A stretch of 64,000 nt of DNA from Rikenellaceae bacterium (GCA_015059785.1 SUZS01000006.1:1947-65946), one strand, 5' to 3'; positions 17,159 to 27,540 are shown, numbered from the stretch's first letter. Translations and numbers: made by a program. Notes: a model not told the origin generated them from the sequence alone.

Positions 17159-19279
17159 ATGAAAAAAACACTATTTACACTTATGTCAGCATCATTGCTT
17201 TTGACAGGTTGCGGCGGCGAGACAATGCCTACAGTCGTACTACCAGAGATTGACACCACAAACCCTCTGCTTGCAGAGTGGAACACTCCACATCAGACAC
17301 CTCCGTTTGATCAGATTAAGCTTGAGCACTATATGCCAGCTTTTGAGACCGCTATTGCAGTCTCTCGCGCCGAGGTGGATGCTATTGTAAACAATCCTGC
17401 AAAGCCTACCTTTGCAAATACAATTCTTGCCCTTGAGCAGCAGGGTGCGCTCCTTGACCGCATTGGTGGCGTATTTTTCAACCTCAACGAGGCTGATACA
17501 TCAGACGAGCTTCAAGCTATCGCTATTGAGATTCAGCCTAAACTGACACAGCTGAGCAACGATGTATCGCTCAACCCAGAGCTCTTTAAGCGAGTGAAGT
17601 ATGTATACGAGAATCCGGGTCTGTTCCTCTCTAAGGAGGACAAGAAGCTTCTTGAGGATACCTACAAGGGCTTTGTTCGCGGTGGTGCTAACCTCTCGGA
17701 GCAGGACAAGGAGCTCTATCGTCAGTATACAGGAGAGCTCTCTGGTCTTACCCTTAAGTTCGGTCAGAACTCACTTGCAGCAACAAACGCATTCTCATAT
17801 AACATTACCGACAAAAAGCTCGTTGAGGAGCTTCCATCATTTGTTCAGGAGGGTCTTGCTATGGAGGCAAAGGCTCGCGGCGAGAAGGGTTGGACAGTGA
17901 CTCTCAAGGCTCCAAGCTACGGTCCATTTATGACCTACTCTTCACAGCGCGCCATTAAGGAGAAGCTCTGGAAGGCATATAACTCTCGTGCACTGGGTGG
18001 AGAGTTTGACAACTCTGACAACATCCGCCAGATTACCGCTCTAAGACTTAAGATTGCCAACCTTCTGGGCTATGAGTGCTATGCAGACTATGTCCTTGAC
18101 AACCGTATGGCGCAGAACACCCCAACTGTTCTTTCATTCCTTGAGGAGCTTCGCAGCTCTACTATTGAGTATGCAGCTGCAGATGTTGAGAACATCGCGC
18201 AGTATGCCGCAACACTGGGCCTTGAGGGTCAGCTGATGCCTTGGGACTTTGGCTACTACAGCGAGAAGTACAAGAATGAGAAGTATGCCGTAAGCGACGA
18301 GCTTGTAAAGCCTTACCTGAAGCTTGACAATGTTATTGATGCAGTATTTATGCTTGCAAATCGTCTCTACGGTCTTACTTTTACCCCTGCAGAGAACATC
18401 ACAGTTTACCACCCAGATGTAACTGCATACGAGGTTAAGGATAACAATGGCGAGCACCTTGCAGTACTCTACCTTGACTTCTTCCCACGCGCAAGCAAGC
18501 GCTCTGGTGCATGGATGACCGAGTTCCGTGGCACTTCTGTAGAGAACGGTGCTGAGGTTCGCCCACTTGTATCTCTTGTTATGAACTTCACAAAGCCTAC
18601 AGAGACTACCCCTTCACTGCTCACTTTTGACGAGCTGACAACATTCCTCCACGAGTTTGGTCACTCATTGCACGGTATGCTTGCAAAGGGTAAGTACGAG
18701 AGCCTCAACGGCACAAGCGTATACCGCGACTTTGTAGAGCTTCCATCACAGATTATGGAGAACTGGGCTTATGAGAAAGAGTACCTTGACTTGTGGGCAA
18801 AGCACTACCAGACTGGCGAGACTATGCCTGCAGAGCTTATTGAGAAGATTGTTGCAGCAAAGAACTATCTTGCAGCATACTCAAATATTCGTCAGCTCTC
18901 ATTCGGCCTTACAGATATGGCTTGGCATACACTCAAGGAGCCTTATACTGGCAATGTAGAGGCATTTGAGAAGGCATCTATGGAGTCTACAAAGGTTGTT
19001 CCTGCTATTGAGGGTACAGCTATGGCTACTGCATTTGGACACATCTTCTCTGGTGGCTATGCAGCAGGATACTACGGTTATAAGTGGGCAGAGGTGCTTG
19101 CCGCAGACGGCTTCTCACTCTTCCAGCAAAACGGTATCTTTGACGCAAAGACCGCTGCTGCCTTCCGCAAGCTCCTCTCTTCAGGAGGTAAGGTTCACCC
19201 TATGGACCTCTATGTTGAGTTCCGTGGCCATAAGCCTCAAACCCAGGCCCTTATCGACCAGATGGGTCTGAAGAAATAA
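17159..19279 (+). CDS. M3 family metallopeptidase (Dcp-like), lipoprotein
   Basis: Lipobox LTG-C; LHEFGHSLH, DFVELPSQ, GGYAAGYYGYKWAE. Confidence 0.92.
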   Translation: MKKTLFTLMSASLLLTGCGGETMPTVVLPEIDTTNPLLAEWNTPHQTPPFDQIKLEHYMPAFETAIAVSRAEVDAIVNNPAKPTFANTILALEQQGALLDRIGGVFFNLNEADTSDELQAIAIEIQPKLTQLSNDVSLNPELFKRVKYVYENPGLFLSKEDKKLLEDTYKGFVRGGANLSEQDKELYRQYTGELSGLTLKFGQNSLAATNAFSYNITDKKLVEELPSFVQEGLAMEAKARGEKGWTVTLKAPSYGPFMTYSSQRAIKEKLWKAYNSRALGGEFDNSDNIRQITALRLKIANLLGYECYADYVLDNRMAQNTPTVLSFLEELRSSTIEYAAADVENIAQYAATLGLEGQLMPWDFGYYSEKYKNEKYAVSDELVKPYLKLDNVIDAVFMLANRLYGLTFTPAENITVYHPDVTAYEVKDNNGEHLAVLYLDFFPRASKRSGAWMTEFRGTSVENGAEVRPLVSLVMNFTKPTETTPSLLTFDELTTFLHEFGHSLHGMLAKGKYESLNGTSVYRDFVELPSQIMENWAYEKEYLDLWAKHYQTGETMPAELIEKIVAAKNYLAAYSNIRQLSFGLTDMAWHTLKEPYTGNVEAFEKASMESTKVVPAIEGTAMATAFGHIFSGGYAAGYYGYKWAEVLAADGFSLFQQNGIFDAKTAAAFRKLLSSGGKVHPMDLYVEFRGHKPQTQALIDQMGLKK

Positions 19280-19292
19280 GCAACAAAATAGT

Positions 19293-19336
19293 AAAAATAC
19301 CAGAGTTTCAGTGAAACTCTGGTATTTTTGTTTTTT
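19293..19336 (+). terminator. Intrinsic terminator
   Basis: 17-bp stem AAAAATACCAGAGTTTC/GAAACTCTGGTATTTTT. Confidence 0.85.
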
Positions 19337-19389
19337 GCATAAAAATTCGCTAACTTTGCTATTGCTAACCAAGAAACAATAACATAACT

Positions 19390-20799
19390 ATGAAACGAAT
19401 CCTATCGGCACTAATCCTACTCTATCTTGTCTTGATATCATTTGAAAGTTACGCCTACAATGGCGAGGTTATAAAGTTTAAGATGTCGGATTCAAAGATT
19501 TATCCTGGTACTGCGCGAAGCGTTACAGTCTATGTTCCAGAACAGTACGACGGTACAGAACCTGCCTGTCTATGGGTATCAGTATCAGGTGGTAGTTTTA
19601 TATTTGACATCTTTGATAGGTTGATAGCCGATGGCGATGTGCCGGTAATTATTGGCGTTTTTGTCGCTCCCGGGCAGATTCGCGACGCGCAAAACAATGT
19701 AGTGCGATATAATCGCAGCAACGAGCTTGACCGAATGGATGGTCGATATGCCGAGTTTCTTGAGACAGAGGTTTTACCGGCGGTATGCAGTCATAAGACT
19801 AAAGATGGTAGACCAATAAAGATATCTTCAAGAGCCACAGACCGTGCTATATATGGCAGTAGCAGTGGTGGTATATGCGCATTTAATGCGGCGTGGCAGC
19901 GACCAGACCTCTTTTCGCGTGTCTATACCGCTTGTGGCACCTTTGTGTCGTTCCGTGGTGGCGACCAATACTCGGCTCTTGTTCGTAAGTGCGAGCCGCG
20001 CCCTATAAGAGTATTTCTACAAGATAATGACAAAGATACTTGGAACCCACTCTTTGGTAGTTGGTTTGAGTATAATGAGCTGATGCTCTCGGCACTGCAA
20101 TTTGCCGGCTATGAGGTAGACTACTCTTGGGATGAGGGTGGACACTCCTCTAAAAATGCACACAAAATTATGGCGGATGTTGTGCGTTGGCTCTTTAAGG
20201 GGTGGCCAGAGCTACCGAAAAAGGGTCAGAGCCAAAGCAAGACCGTCGCTTCAATATTTGCCCAAGGTCAAGAGTGGAGGTGCATTGCCGACAATATCGC
20301 CTCTGGCGCACTGCTACACCCCTATTCAGAGGAGAAAGTGGTTTTGCAATCAGGTAGAAGCAAGGAGTTTATCTCAACAGATGGTACTCGCACAAAGGCG
20401 AAGGGTAAAATCCGACTAACCGACCCATATACCGCACTCTACCCAGGAGGCACACATACAGCCAAGCGCGTTGAAGGTAGTAATTGGGTATGGGACTACA
20501 TAAACACCCCTGATGGCAAACTCTCTCACGGTCAGCAGTTCTACTATCTCTATGCTGATGCAGGGCAGATTCTCTATGATAGCGCGGGATATCTCTATGT
20601 AGCGTCGGCTGTAGGTATTCAGGTGTGCGACCAGAATGGCCGTGTAAGGACAATCATCTCTCTTCCAGGTGGAGCCGTTGATACTATAGCCTTTGCAGGC
20701 AATTATCTGTTTGCCGTAAGCAGGGGCAAACTATATGTCCGCAAACTACTCCGCAGTGGAACGCACAACGGGCTACCTAAATCAGAGAAGCAGGGATAA
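19390..20799 (+). CDS. Secreted alpha/beta-hydrolase (enterochelin esterase-like) fused to a shortened SMP-30/gluconolactonase-like domain
   Basis: SKIYPGT.R...VYVP, GSSSGG nucleophile elbow, GGHS His; C-terminal GIQVCDQNGRV propeller blades; TAACTTTG promoter at 19351-19358. Confidence 0.75.
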   Translation: MKRILSALILLYLVLISFESYAYNGEVIKFKMSDSKIYPGTARSVTVYVPEQYDGTEPACLWVSVSGGSFIFDIFDRLIADGDVPVIIGVFVAPGQIRDAQNNVVRYNRSNELDRMDGRYAEFLETEVLPAVCSHKTKDGRPIKISSRATDRAIYGSSSGGICAFNAAWQRPDLFSRVYTACGTFVSFRGGDQYSALVRKCEPRPIRVFLQDNDKDTWNPLFGSWFEYNELMLSALQFAGYEVDYSWDEGGHSSKNAHKIMADVVRWLFKGWPELPKKGQSQSKTVASIFAQGQEWRCIADNIASGALLHPYSEEKVVLQSGRSKEFISTDGTRTKAKGKIRLTDPYTALYPGGTHTAKRVEGSNWVWDYINTPDGKLSHGQQFYYLYADAGQILYDSAGYLYVASAVGIQVCDQNGRVRTIISLPGGAVDTIAFAGNYLFAVSRGKLYVRKLLRSGTHNGLPKSEKQG

Positions 20800-20841
20800 G
20801 TAAACACACCTTCCCCAATTTGTTGTCAAAATGGAGTATTT

Positions 20842-21933
20842 TCACAATAAATTATACAACTGGTCTCTTAAACGCGGTGTAAATCCCGCTTCGCGGATGG
20901 CCTGCTGAATACCTTCGGCATCAAAGTGGTTGTTTGCGCCGGCAGAGCTGACGACATTCTCCTCAATCATTATTGAGCCGAAGTCATTTGCGCCACTATG
21001 CAGAGCCAGTTGAGCCGTCTGCTTGCCAACGGTAAGCCACGAGGCTTGGATATTGCGGATATTATTTAGCACAAGGCGACTAATGGCTATAATGCGGATA
21101 TACTCAAGGGCCGAGAAGTGGCTCACAACACCCTGTGCCTCAAGGCGAGTGCCTGTAGAGCGGAAAATCCACGGTATAAATGCTATAAAGCCGTAGTGTC
21201 CTTCTGGCACAGCAGCCTGCAAATCGCGTATACGGATAAGGTGCTCCATACGCTCGTGTGGAGTCTCAATATGTCCGTACATCATTGTTGCCGATGTGGG
21301 CAGATTCATCATATGCGCCTGATGCATAACTGTAATCCACTCCTCAACGCTCGGCTTGGCGGGCGAGATAATCCGTCTTACTCGCGGCACAAGAATCTCC
21401 GCGCCTGCGCCAGGCAGTGAGTCCAGTCCCGCAGCGACAAGTCGCTCAAGAGTCTGCTGCGTAGTAAGGCCGCTAATCTTTGCTATATGTGCCACCTCTG
21501 GGGCTCCGAGGGCGTGCAACCTCAAACGCGGATAGCGCGTTTTAAGTTCGCGGAACAGATTCTCATAGAACTCTATACCCAACTTTGGGTGCATACCTCC
21601 CTGCAGAAGCAGTTGGTCTCCGCCAAGCTCAAAGAGGCGAGCAATCTTCTCGTCATACTGCTCAAGGGTTGTGATATAGTGTTTCTCGGTCTGGTGTGGC
21701 TTGCAGTGGAAGTTACAGAAGAGACAACCCGATGTGCAGACATTTGTTGTATTTACATTACGGTCTATCTGCCAAGTGACAACATCGGGGTTAGGCACAG
21801 AGTCACAGCGAAGAGTATCTGCCGCCTGAGCAAGAGTCTCAAGAGGTGCATTGTCATACAAACAGCAGGCCTCGTCATATGTAAGAGGCTCATGGTCAAG
21901 CGATTTACGGATTATATCATCTACACACAGCAT
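20842..21933 (-). CDS. mqnC: CofH/MqnC family radical SAM enzyme (probable dehypoxanthine futalosine cyclase)
   Basis: DRNVN..NVCTSGCLFCNF (CX3CX2C), LLQGG.HP, PGAGAEIL, NIQASW, GANDFGS.MIEENVV. Confidence 0.8.
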   Translation of the reverse strand: MLCVDDIIRKSLDHEPLTYDEACCLYDNAPLETLAQAADTLRCDSVPNPDVVTWQIDRNVNTTNVCTSGCLFCNFHCKPHQTEKHYITTLEQYDEKIARLFELGGDQLLLQGGMHPKLGIEFYENLFRELKTRYPRLRLHALGAPEVAHIAKISGLTTQQTLERLVAAGLDSLPGAGAEILVPRVRRIISPAKPSVEEWITVMHQAHMMNLPTSATMMYGHIETPHERMEHLIRIRDLQAAVPEGHYGFIAFIPWIFRSTGTRLEAQGVVSHFSALEYIRIIAISRLVLNNIRNIQASWLTVGKQTAQLALHSGANDFGSIMIEENVVSSAGANNHFDAEGIQQAIREAGFTPRLRDQLYNLL

Positions 21934-21937
21934 ACTA

Positions 21938-24136
21938 CTACTTTCTACGACCCTTTTTTACACCTTTATTAAATGATATTGTCGACTCTTCTATCCTCTC
22001 GCCATCAATCTCCACAAAAGTAAAGTCGAGCATACGACGACGGAGGTCGGCACTCTTGACCTTCACGCGTACTTTATCGCCAAGGGTGAATGTGTTGCCC
22101 GTAGAGTGGCCGTAGACCTCATAGCGAGCCTCGTCAAAGCGGTAGTAGTCGCCAACGATATCTCGCATAGCCACCATACCCTCAACAATAGAGTTCTCAA
22201 GCTCAACAAAGACTCCCCACTCCGACATACCAGATATATGGCCGTCAAACTCCTGACCAATCTTATCGGCCATAAACTCCACCATCTTATACTTTATAGA
22301 TGCGCGCTCAGCCTCGGCAGCAACAACCTCGCGCTCGGAGGAGTGTTCACAGAGCGACTCAAGAGCATCTCTATCTGCACTCTTGCCACCATCAAGATAT
22401 CGCTGTAGCAGGCGATGTACCATCATATCTGGATAGCGACGGATTGGCGAAGTGAAGTGTGTATAGTATGGAAATGCCAGTCCAAAGTGTCCAATATTTG
22501 CAGTCGTATAGAGAGCCTTAGCCATTGAACGGATAGCAAGCATACTTACAACATTCTGCTCTGGCTTACCCTTGATATCTGTCATCAGCTGGTTAAGTTC
22601 CTTTGCCACAGCCGTACCCTTCTGCGACTTAAAGAGGTGACCAAAGCGGAGGATAAATGTGCGGAAGCGCTCAAACTTATCGCTATTTGGCTCATCATGC
22701 ACACGGAAGACCATTGTTCTTGGCTTACCATTTCGCTTGGCGCAGAATGTAGCCACGCGGCGATTTGCAAGCAGCATAAACTCCTCAATAAGCTGATTAG
22801 CCTCTTTCTGCACCTTAAAGTATACGCCCGTAGGATGTCCATTCTCATCAAGATGGAACTTCGCCTCTCGGCGGTCAAAGGATATTGCGCCCTTGCGGTA
22901 GCGCTCTTTACGCAGTCCCTGTGCAAGGCGGTGCAAGGTCAGAATCTCATCCTTCATTTCGCCCTCCGAGGTCTCAATAATCTGCTGTGCCTCTTCGTAT
23001 GTAAAACGGCGGTCAGAGTAGATTACCGTACGGCCAAACCACTCGCTATGTATCTTCAGTTTCTCGTCAATGGTAAAAACTGCCGAGAAGCATAGTTTCT
23101 CCTCATGTGGGCGCAGTGAGCATAGCTCATTTGAGAGTCGCTCTGGCAGCATAGGTATTGTTCTATCAACAAGATATACAGATGTACCGCGCTCAAGAGC
23201 CTCATCGTCAATAACACTACCCGGACGCACATAGTGTGTCACATCGGCAATATGAATTCCGACCTCCCACAGCCCCTCGCCCACTGAGCGGATAGAGAGT
23301 GCATCGTCAAAATCCTTTGCATCGGCAGGGTCAATAGTAAGTGTCGGCACATCGCGCATATCTCTACGCTCGGCATAATCCTTAGCCGTAATTGTACCGT
23401 CAATCTCTTCTGCAGCCTTCTCTACCTGCTCCTCAAACTTATACGGCAGGTCATACTCAAGCAGGATGGCGTGCATCTCGGCATCATTATCACCCGTAGC
23501 ACCCAGAATATCAACCAGTTCGCCAACTGGCATATCGTCGCCATCGTACCACTCCTTAACTCTTACAGCCACCTTGTCGCCCGTCTGAACATTTGGATAC
23601 TTCTTGCGCGAAAGGTATATATCAACAGGCATACGGCGAGAGTCGGGAGCAACAATAATAGCGCTCTTTGACACCACATCCGCAACACCGGCATAGCAGC
23701 GGTCACTTCGCTCAATAATCTTTATAATCTCGCCCTCCAACGCGCCCGTACGGGCTGTGTGAGTGACAACAAACTCAACCTTATCTCCATTTAGTGCGTT
23801 GCGAGAGTTGCGGGAATGGATAAACACATCGCACTCTAACTCTGGGCACGAGACATATAGATTACCGCTATTACTCATATCCACAACACCCTGATAACGA
23901 GGCAGTTTACCACGCGAAAGGCGATAACTTCCGCGACCCTCGCTCTCAATATACCCCTGCTCAAGCAGAGTGTCAAGTATTCGCTTAGTCATATCCCTTC
24001 CGCCCTTATCTGCACCACCCGATGCAGCTGCAAGACCCTTAAGAGTAAACTTTCGCTCCGGCTGCTCGCGGAACATACCCACAATAAAACTTGCACGGTC
24101 ACTAAACGACTCTCGCACATTCTTCTTTCTTCCCAT
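21938..24136 (-). CDS. rnr: Ribonuclease R
   Basis: TIDPADAKDFDDA, HIADV, HFTSPIRRYPD, C-terminal S1 domain. Confidence 0.95.
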   Translation of the reverse strand: MGRKKNVRESFSDRASFIVGMFREQPERKFTLKGLAAASGGADKGGRDMTKRILDTLLEQGYIESEGRGSYRLSRGKLPRYQGVVDMSNSGNLYVSCPELECDVFIHSRNSRNALNGDKVEFVVTHTARTGALEGEIIKIIERSDRCYAGVADVVSKSAIIVAPDSRRMPVDIYLSRKKYPNVQTGDKVAVRVKEWYDGDDMPVGELVDILGATGDNDAEMHAILLEYDLPYKFEEQVEKAAEEIDGTITAKDYAERRDMRDVPTLTIDPADAKDFDDALSIRSVGEGLWEVGIHIADVTHYVRPGSVIDDEALERGTSVYLVDRTIPMLPERLSNELCSLRPHEEKLCFSAVFTIDEKLKIHSEWFGRTVIYSDRRFTYEEAQQIIETSEGEMKDEILTLHRLAQGLRKERYRKGAISFDRREAKFHLDENGHPTGVYFKVQKEANQLIEEFMLLANRRVATFCAKRNGKPRTMVFRVHDEPNSDKFERFRTFILRFGHLFKSQKGTAVAKELNQLMTDIKGKPEQNVVSMLAIRSMAKALYTTANIGHFGLAFPYYTHFTSPIRRYPDMMVHRLLQRYLDGGKSADRDALESLCEHSSEREVVAAEAERASIKYKMVEFMADKIGQEFDGHISGMSEWGVFVELENSIVEGMVAMRDIVGDYYRFDEARYEVYGHSTGNTFTLGDKVRVKVKSADLRRRMLDFTFVEIDGERIEESTISFNKGVKKGRRK

Positions 24137-24143
24137 AACTAAC

Positions 24144-25238
24144 CTATTTTATTGTTTGAGCAATCTTTATCATCATCTCCACACCCACATCTATTGCACG
24201 CTCGTCGGGTGCAAAAGTAGAGCTATGGCTTCTGCCCGCAGAAGCTCCTACACCTAAACGATAGAAAAGTGACGGATATTGCTCTGTATAAAATCCAAAA
24301 TCTTCTGCTGTATAGCGTTTTTCCAACTCCACAACCTCACACACGCCCGCTGCAACACTGCGAGCCAAGTCAGCAAGCCCAATATTGTTTACCACTGTCG
24401 GGTAGCCATGATTTATATCCACCTCGGTTGTAGTGCCATAAATGCTATCAGTCTCATTTGCAATATCTTGCAATGTCTTCCAAGTGCTCTCACGCAGAGT
24501 TCTATCAAATGTACGCATCGTACCCTCCATATAGACAAGGTCTGGGATTATATTTGTCGCACCATCTGCCACGACCTTACCGATAGAGAGCACAAGACTT
24601 TCACTATTCAGCCCCGTAGCCTTTGTCACAATCGTTGCTGCGGCAGTAACCGTATCGTTCAGTTTATCGCGCATAGCGCCATGTCCGCCACATCCACGAA
24701 CATAGAACCTCAACTCATCATTTGAGGCCATAAACGCGCCATTGCAAACACCTATCTGCCCCACCTCAAGGGTGCTATCTGTATGGCAGCCTATCACTGC
24801 CACAACATCATTCCCCTCAAATGGATTCTCAGCAAGCACCTTGCTCGCCCCACCAGGATTACACTCCTCGCCTGGCTGGAAAATACCGAAAATAGTACCC
24901 TCAAAGTCGCGTGAAGCGTTCAACTTCTGCAATGCGCCAAAGAGAATTGCTGCGTGGATATCGTGTCCGCAGGCGTGCATAACACCCTCATTTTCAGAGC
25001 TGTAGTCCAAGCCCGTAGCCTCAGTAATCGGCAGCGCGTCAATATCTGCACGAAGCACCACTGCGCGCCTTGTATCTCCACGACCCTCGATTGTCGCAAG
25101 AACGCCTGTGCCAGCAACTCTACGGCAAGAGATACCCTCTGCCGCAAGTGCCTTATCAATAAACTCAGCTGTCTGATACTCCTCAAACGACAGTTCTGGA
25201 TGGCGGTGTATATATCTACGAAACTCTATAGGTGTCAT
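24144..25238 (-). CDS. M20 family amidohydrolase
   Basis: HRHPELS, RADIDALP, MHACGHD, FQPGEE, AEDF. Confidence 0.9.
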   Translation of the reverse strand: MTPIEFRRYIHRHPELSFEEYQTAEFIDKALAAEGISCRRVAGTGVLATIEGRGDTRRAVVLRADIDALPITEATGLDYSSENEGVMHACGHDIHAAILFGALQKLNASRDFEGTIFGIFQPGEECNPGGASKVLAENPFEGNDVVAVIGCHTDSTLEVGQIGVCNGAFMASNDELRFYVRGCGGHGAMRDKLNDTVTAAATIVTKATGLNSESLVLSIGKVVADGATNIIPDLVYMEGTMRTFDRTLRESTWKTLQDIANETDSIYGTTTEVDINHGYPTVVNNIGLADLARSVAAGVCEVVELEKRYTAEDFGFYTEQYPSLFYRLGVGASAGRSHSSTFAPDERAIDVGVEMMIKIAQTIK

Positions 25239-26020
25239 AACAATCTGATTTCAAACATTTTACTCCAATTCTTACCCGTCACAAAAATACGCTTTGTGGC
25301 CTCATCGTAGGCAATGCCATTGAGCACATCTGTCGTCTCTGTATACTCACTCTGTGGAAGCAATCCGCTAAGGTTTACAATCTTCTCTACCACGCCGCTA
25401 TCGGGATTGATAATAACTATCTGGTCAAGAGTATAGACATTTGCCCAAATTTTACCCTCAATCCACTCAAGTTCATTTAGATACGGCAGCGACTCGCCAT
25501 TGCAAGTAACCGCAATACGGCGCTTGAGCGCAAGGCTCTGCGGGTCAAGCACACGGATGTCAGGCGTACCATCGCTCATATATAGGCTCTGTCCGTCTGT
25601 AGTAAGTCCCCAGCCCTCGCCCTTATACTTTCGCTCGTCAATTTTCTTCAGACTCTTGCGGTCGTAGATGTGCATAACCCCATTCTGCCAAGTGAGTTGA
25701 TATATCTTATCGCCCAGCAGTGTGATACCCTCGCCAAAGTGGTCATTTGGAAGATTTGCCACCACAGTACTCTTGCCCGTTACAAGGTCTGTATACTGCA
25801 AGCGGGAGCCGCCATAGTTACCCGTACCCTCCCACATAACTCCGTCAATAAACTGCAGGCCCTGAGTATAAGCATCTCTCTGATGAGGATAGACATTAAC
25901 CACCTCAACCTCTGCCACTTGCGCACGGACAACAGGAGTCGTTTTTGTGCTTTTCTGCCTTGCTCCGCCACACGAAACAACGGCAGCACAGGCTATAAGT
26001 ATGTAAAATATTCTCTTCAT
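25235..26020 (-). CDS. Glutaminyl-peptide cyclotransferase (beta-propeller type I), lipoprotein
   Basis: Lipobox VVS-C; YTQGL, FGEG, EGWGL, LNELE, VLNGIA, TGKNW; start 26020 just after minus-strand TACCTTTG (26027-26034). Confidence 0.9.
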   Translation of the reverse strand: MKRIFYILIACAAVVSCGGARQKSTKTTPVVRAQVAEVEVVNVYPHQRDAYTQGLQFIDGVMWEGTGNYGGSRLQYTDLVTGKSTVVANLPNDHFGEGITLLGDKIYQLTWQNGVMHIYDRKSLKKIDERKYKGEGWGLTTDGQSLYMSDGTPDIRVLDPQSLALKRRIAVTCNGESLPYLNELEWIEGKIWANVYTLDQIVIINPDSGVVEKIVNLSGLLPQSEYTETTDVLNGIAYDEATKRIFVTGKNWSKMFEIRLL

Positions 26021-26130
26021 ATAGCGCAAAGGTACAAAATATTGAGGTATGATGTAGTATTATCGGAAAAAATTTTGTATCTTTGCCCGCTGATTAGCGT
26101 AAAATGAGATAATTATAACAAATATAGACT

Positions 26131-27456
26131 ATGGAGATTACAAGAGTACAAAAGGAGCAGGGAGTTTCACTGCTCAAGGTTGTAGTTGGCGAGGCTGATT
26201 ACAAGGAGGCTGTAGAGAAGATGTTGCGTGACTACAAGCGCAAGGCAAATGTCCCTGGATTCCGTCCAGGTATGGTTCCTATGGGCATCATCCGCAAGAT
26301 GTATGGCAAGGGTGTTGTTGCTGAGCAGTCTTACCGCACAGCTTCAAATGCAGTATTTGAGTATTTGCAGAAGGAGAATATTGACTACCTTGGCGATGTT
26401 ATCCCAGCAGAGGAGCAGGGCGCATTTGACTTTGACAACTCAACTGAGTTTGAGTTTATGTTTGAGATTGGCGAGGCTCCAAAGTATGATGTAACACTCA
26501 CTACAAAGGACAAGCTGACTTACTACAAGATTAAGATTAGCAAGGAGATGCACAACAACTTCCTTGACAACTACCTCCGCCGTTTCGGTAAGCTCGTAGA
26601 GGTTGACAAGGTTAAGAAGGATGAGGCACTCACTGTCACTCTTGACAACGGCGAGCTCCGCGTAGAGGATGCTTACCTCGGCCTTATCTCTATGACAGAG
26701 GAGGAGCGCAAGCCTTGGATTGGTAAGAAGGTTGGCTACAAGACCACTATCAACATCAACGAGATGTACTCTACCCCTGCACAGCGTGCAGCTATGCTCC
26801 ATGTAAAGGAGGAGGAGCTTGAGGGTATCAACCCAGAGTTTGAGCTTGAGATTACAATGATTCGTCAGTTTGCAAATCCAGAGCTTAACGAGGAGTTCTT
26901 CAAGACTGCATTCCCAGATGGCAATGTAACTGACAAGAAGGGTCTTGACGCATATATCGACGCTCAGATTGAGGGCGAGATGGCTCGCGAGTGCGACTAT
27001 ATGTTCGCTGCACATGTTCGCAACTTTATGATTGAGAAGGCTGCTCTTGCAATGCCTACTGAGTTCCTCAAGCGTTGGCTCTACACTATCAACGAGGGCA
27101 AGTTTACAATGGAGGACATTGAGAAGGACTTTGACGGCTTTATCAAGATGTTCACTTGGAACTACATCCAGCGTCAGATTATCACTGCTGAGAATATCTC
27201 TGTAACTGAGGAGGAGGCTACCGAGGAGGCTAAGTCACTGGCTGCTATGCAGTTTGCACAGTACGGTATGCCAAATGCTCCAGAGGATATGATTGCTAAC
27301 TTTGCAAAGAACATCCTTGAGAACAAGGATCAGCGCCAGCACATCTACGAGAAGCTCTATGAGCAGAAGGTTGTTGCATCAGTTCGCGCAAAGGTCAAGG
27401 TAACTGAGAAGGCTGTTTCTGCTGACGAGTTCTCCGAGATTGCTCGCAGCTTGTAG
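26131..27456 (+). CDS. tig: Trigger factor
   Basis: PGFRPG ribosome-binding motif; upstream of clpP-clpX; TATCTTTG promoter at 26078-26085. Confidence 0.93.
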   Translation: MEITRVQKEQGVSLLKVVVGEADYKEAVEKMLRDYKRKANVPGFRPGMVPMGIIRKMYGKGVVAEQSYRTASNAVFEYLQKENIDYLGDVIPAEEQGAFDFDNSTEFEFMFEIGEAPKYDVTLTTKDKLTYYKIKISKEMHNNFLDNYLRRFGKLVEVDKVKKDEALTVTLDNGELRVEDAYLGLISMTEEERKPWIGKKVGYKTTININEMYSTPAQRAAMLHVKEEELEGINPEFELEITMIRQFANPELNEEFFKTAFPDGNVTDKKGLDAYIDAQIEGEMARECDYMFAAHVRNFMIEKAALAMPTEFLKRWLYTINEGKFTMEDIEKDFDGFIKMFTWNYIQRQIITAENISVTEEEATEEAKSLAAMQFAQYGMPNAPEDMIANFAKNILENKDQRQHIYEKLYEQKVVASVRAKVKVTEKAVSADEFSEIARSL

Positions 27457-27473
27457 AATAACACAACATAGAC

Positions 27474-27514
27474 AAGGCTCTGCGAGGTGGACACTACCCT
27501 TGCAGAGTCTTTTT
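27474..27514 (+). terminator. Terminator-like hairpin between tig and clpP
   Basis: AAGGCTCTGCGAGG/CCTTGCAGAGTCTT stem plus T run. Confidence 0.6.
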
Positions 27515-27540
27515 CGTCACAATAATCAGAACACTAAGCT

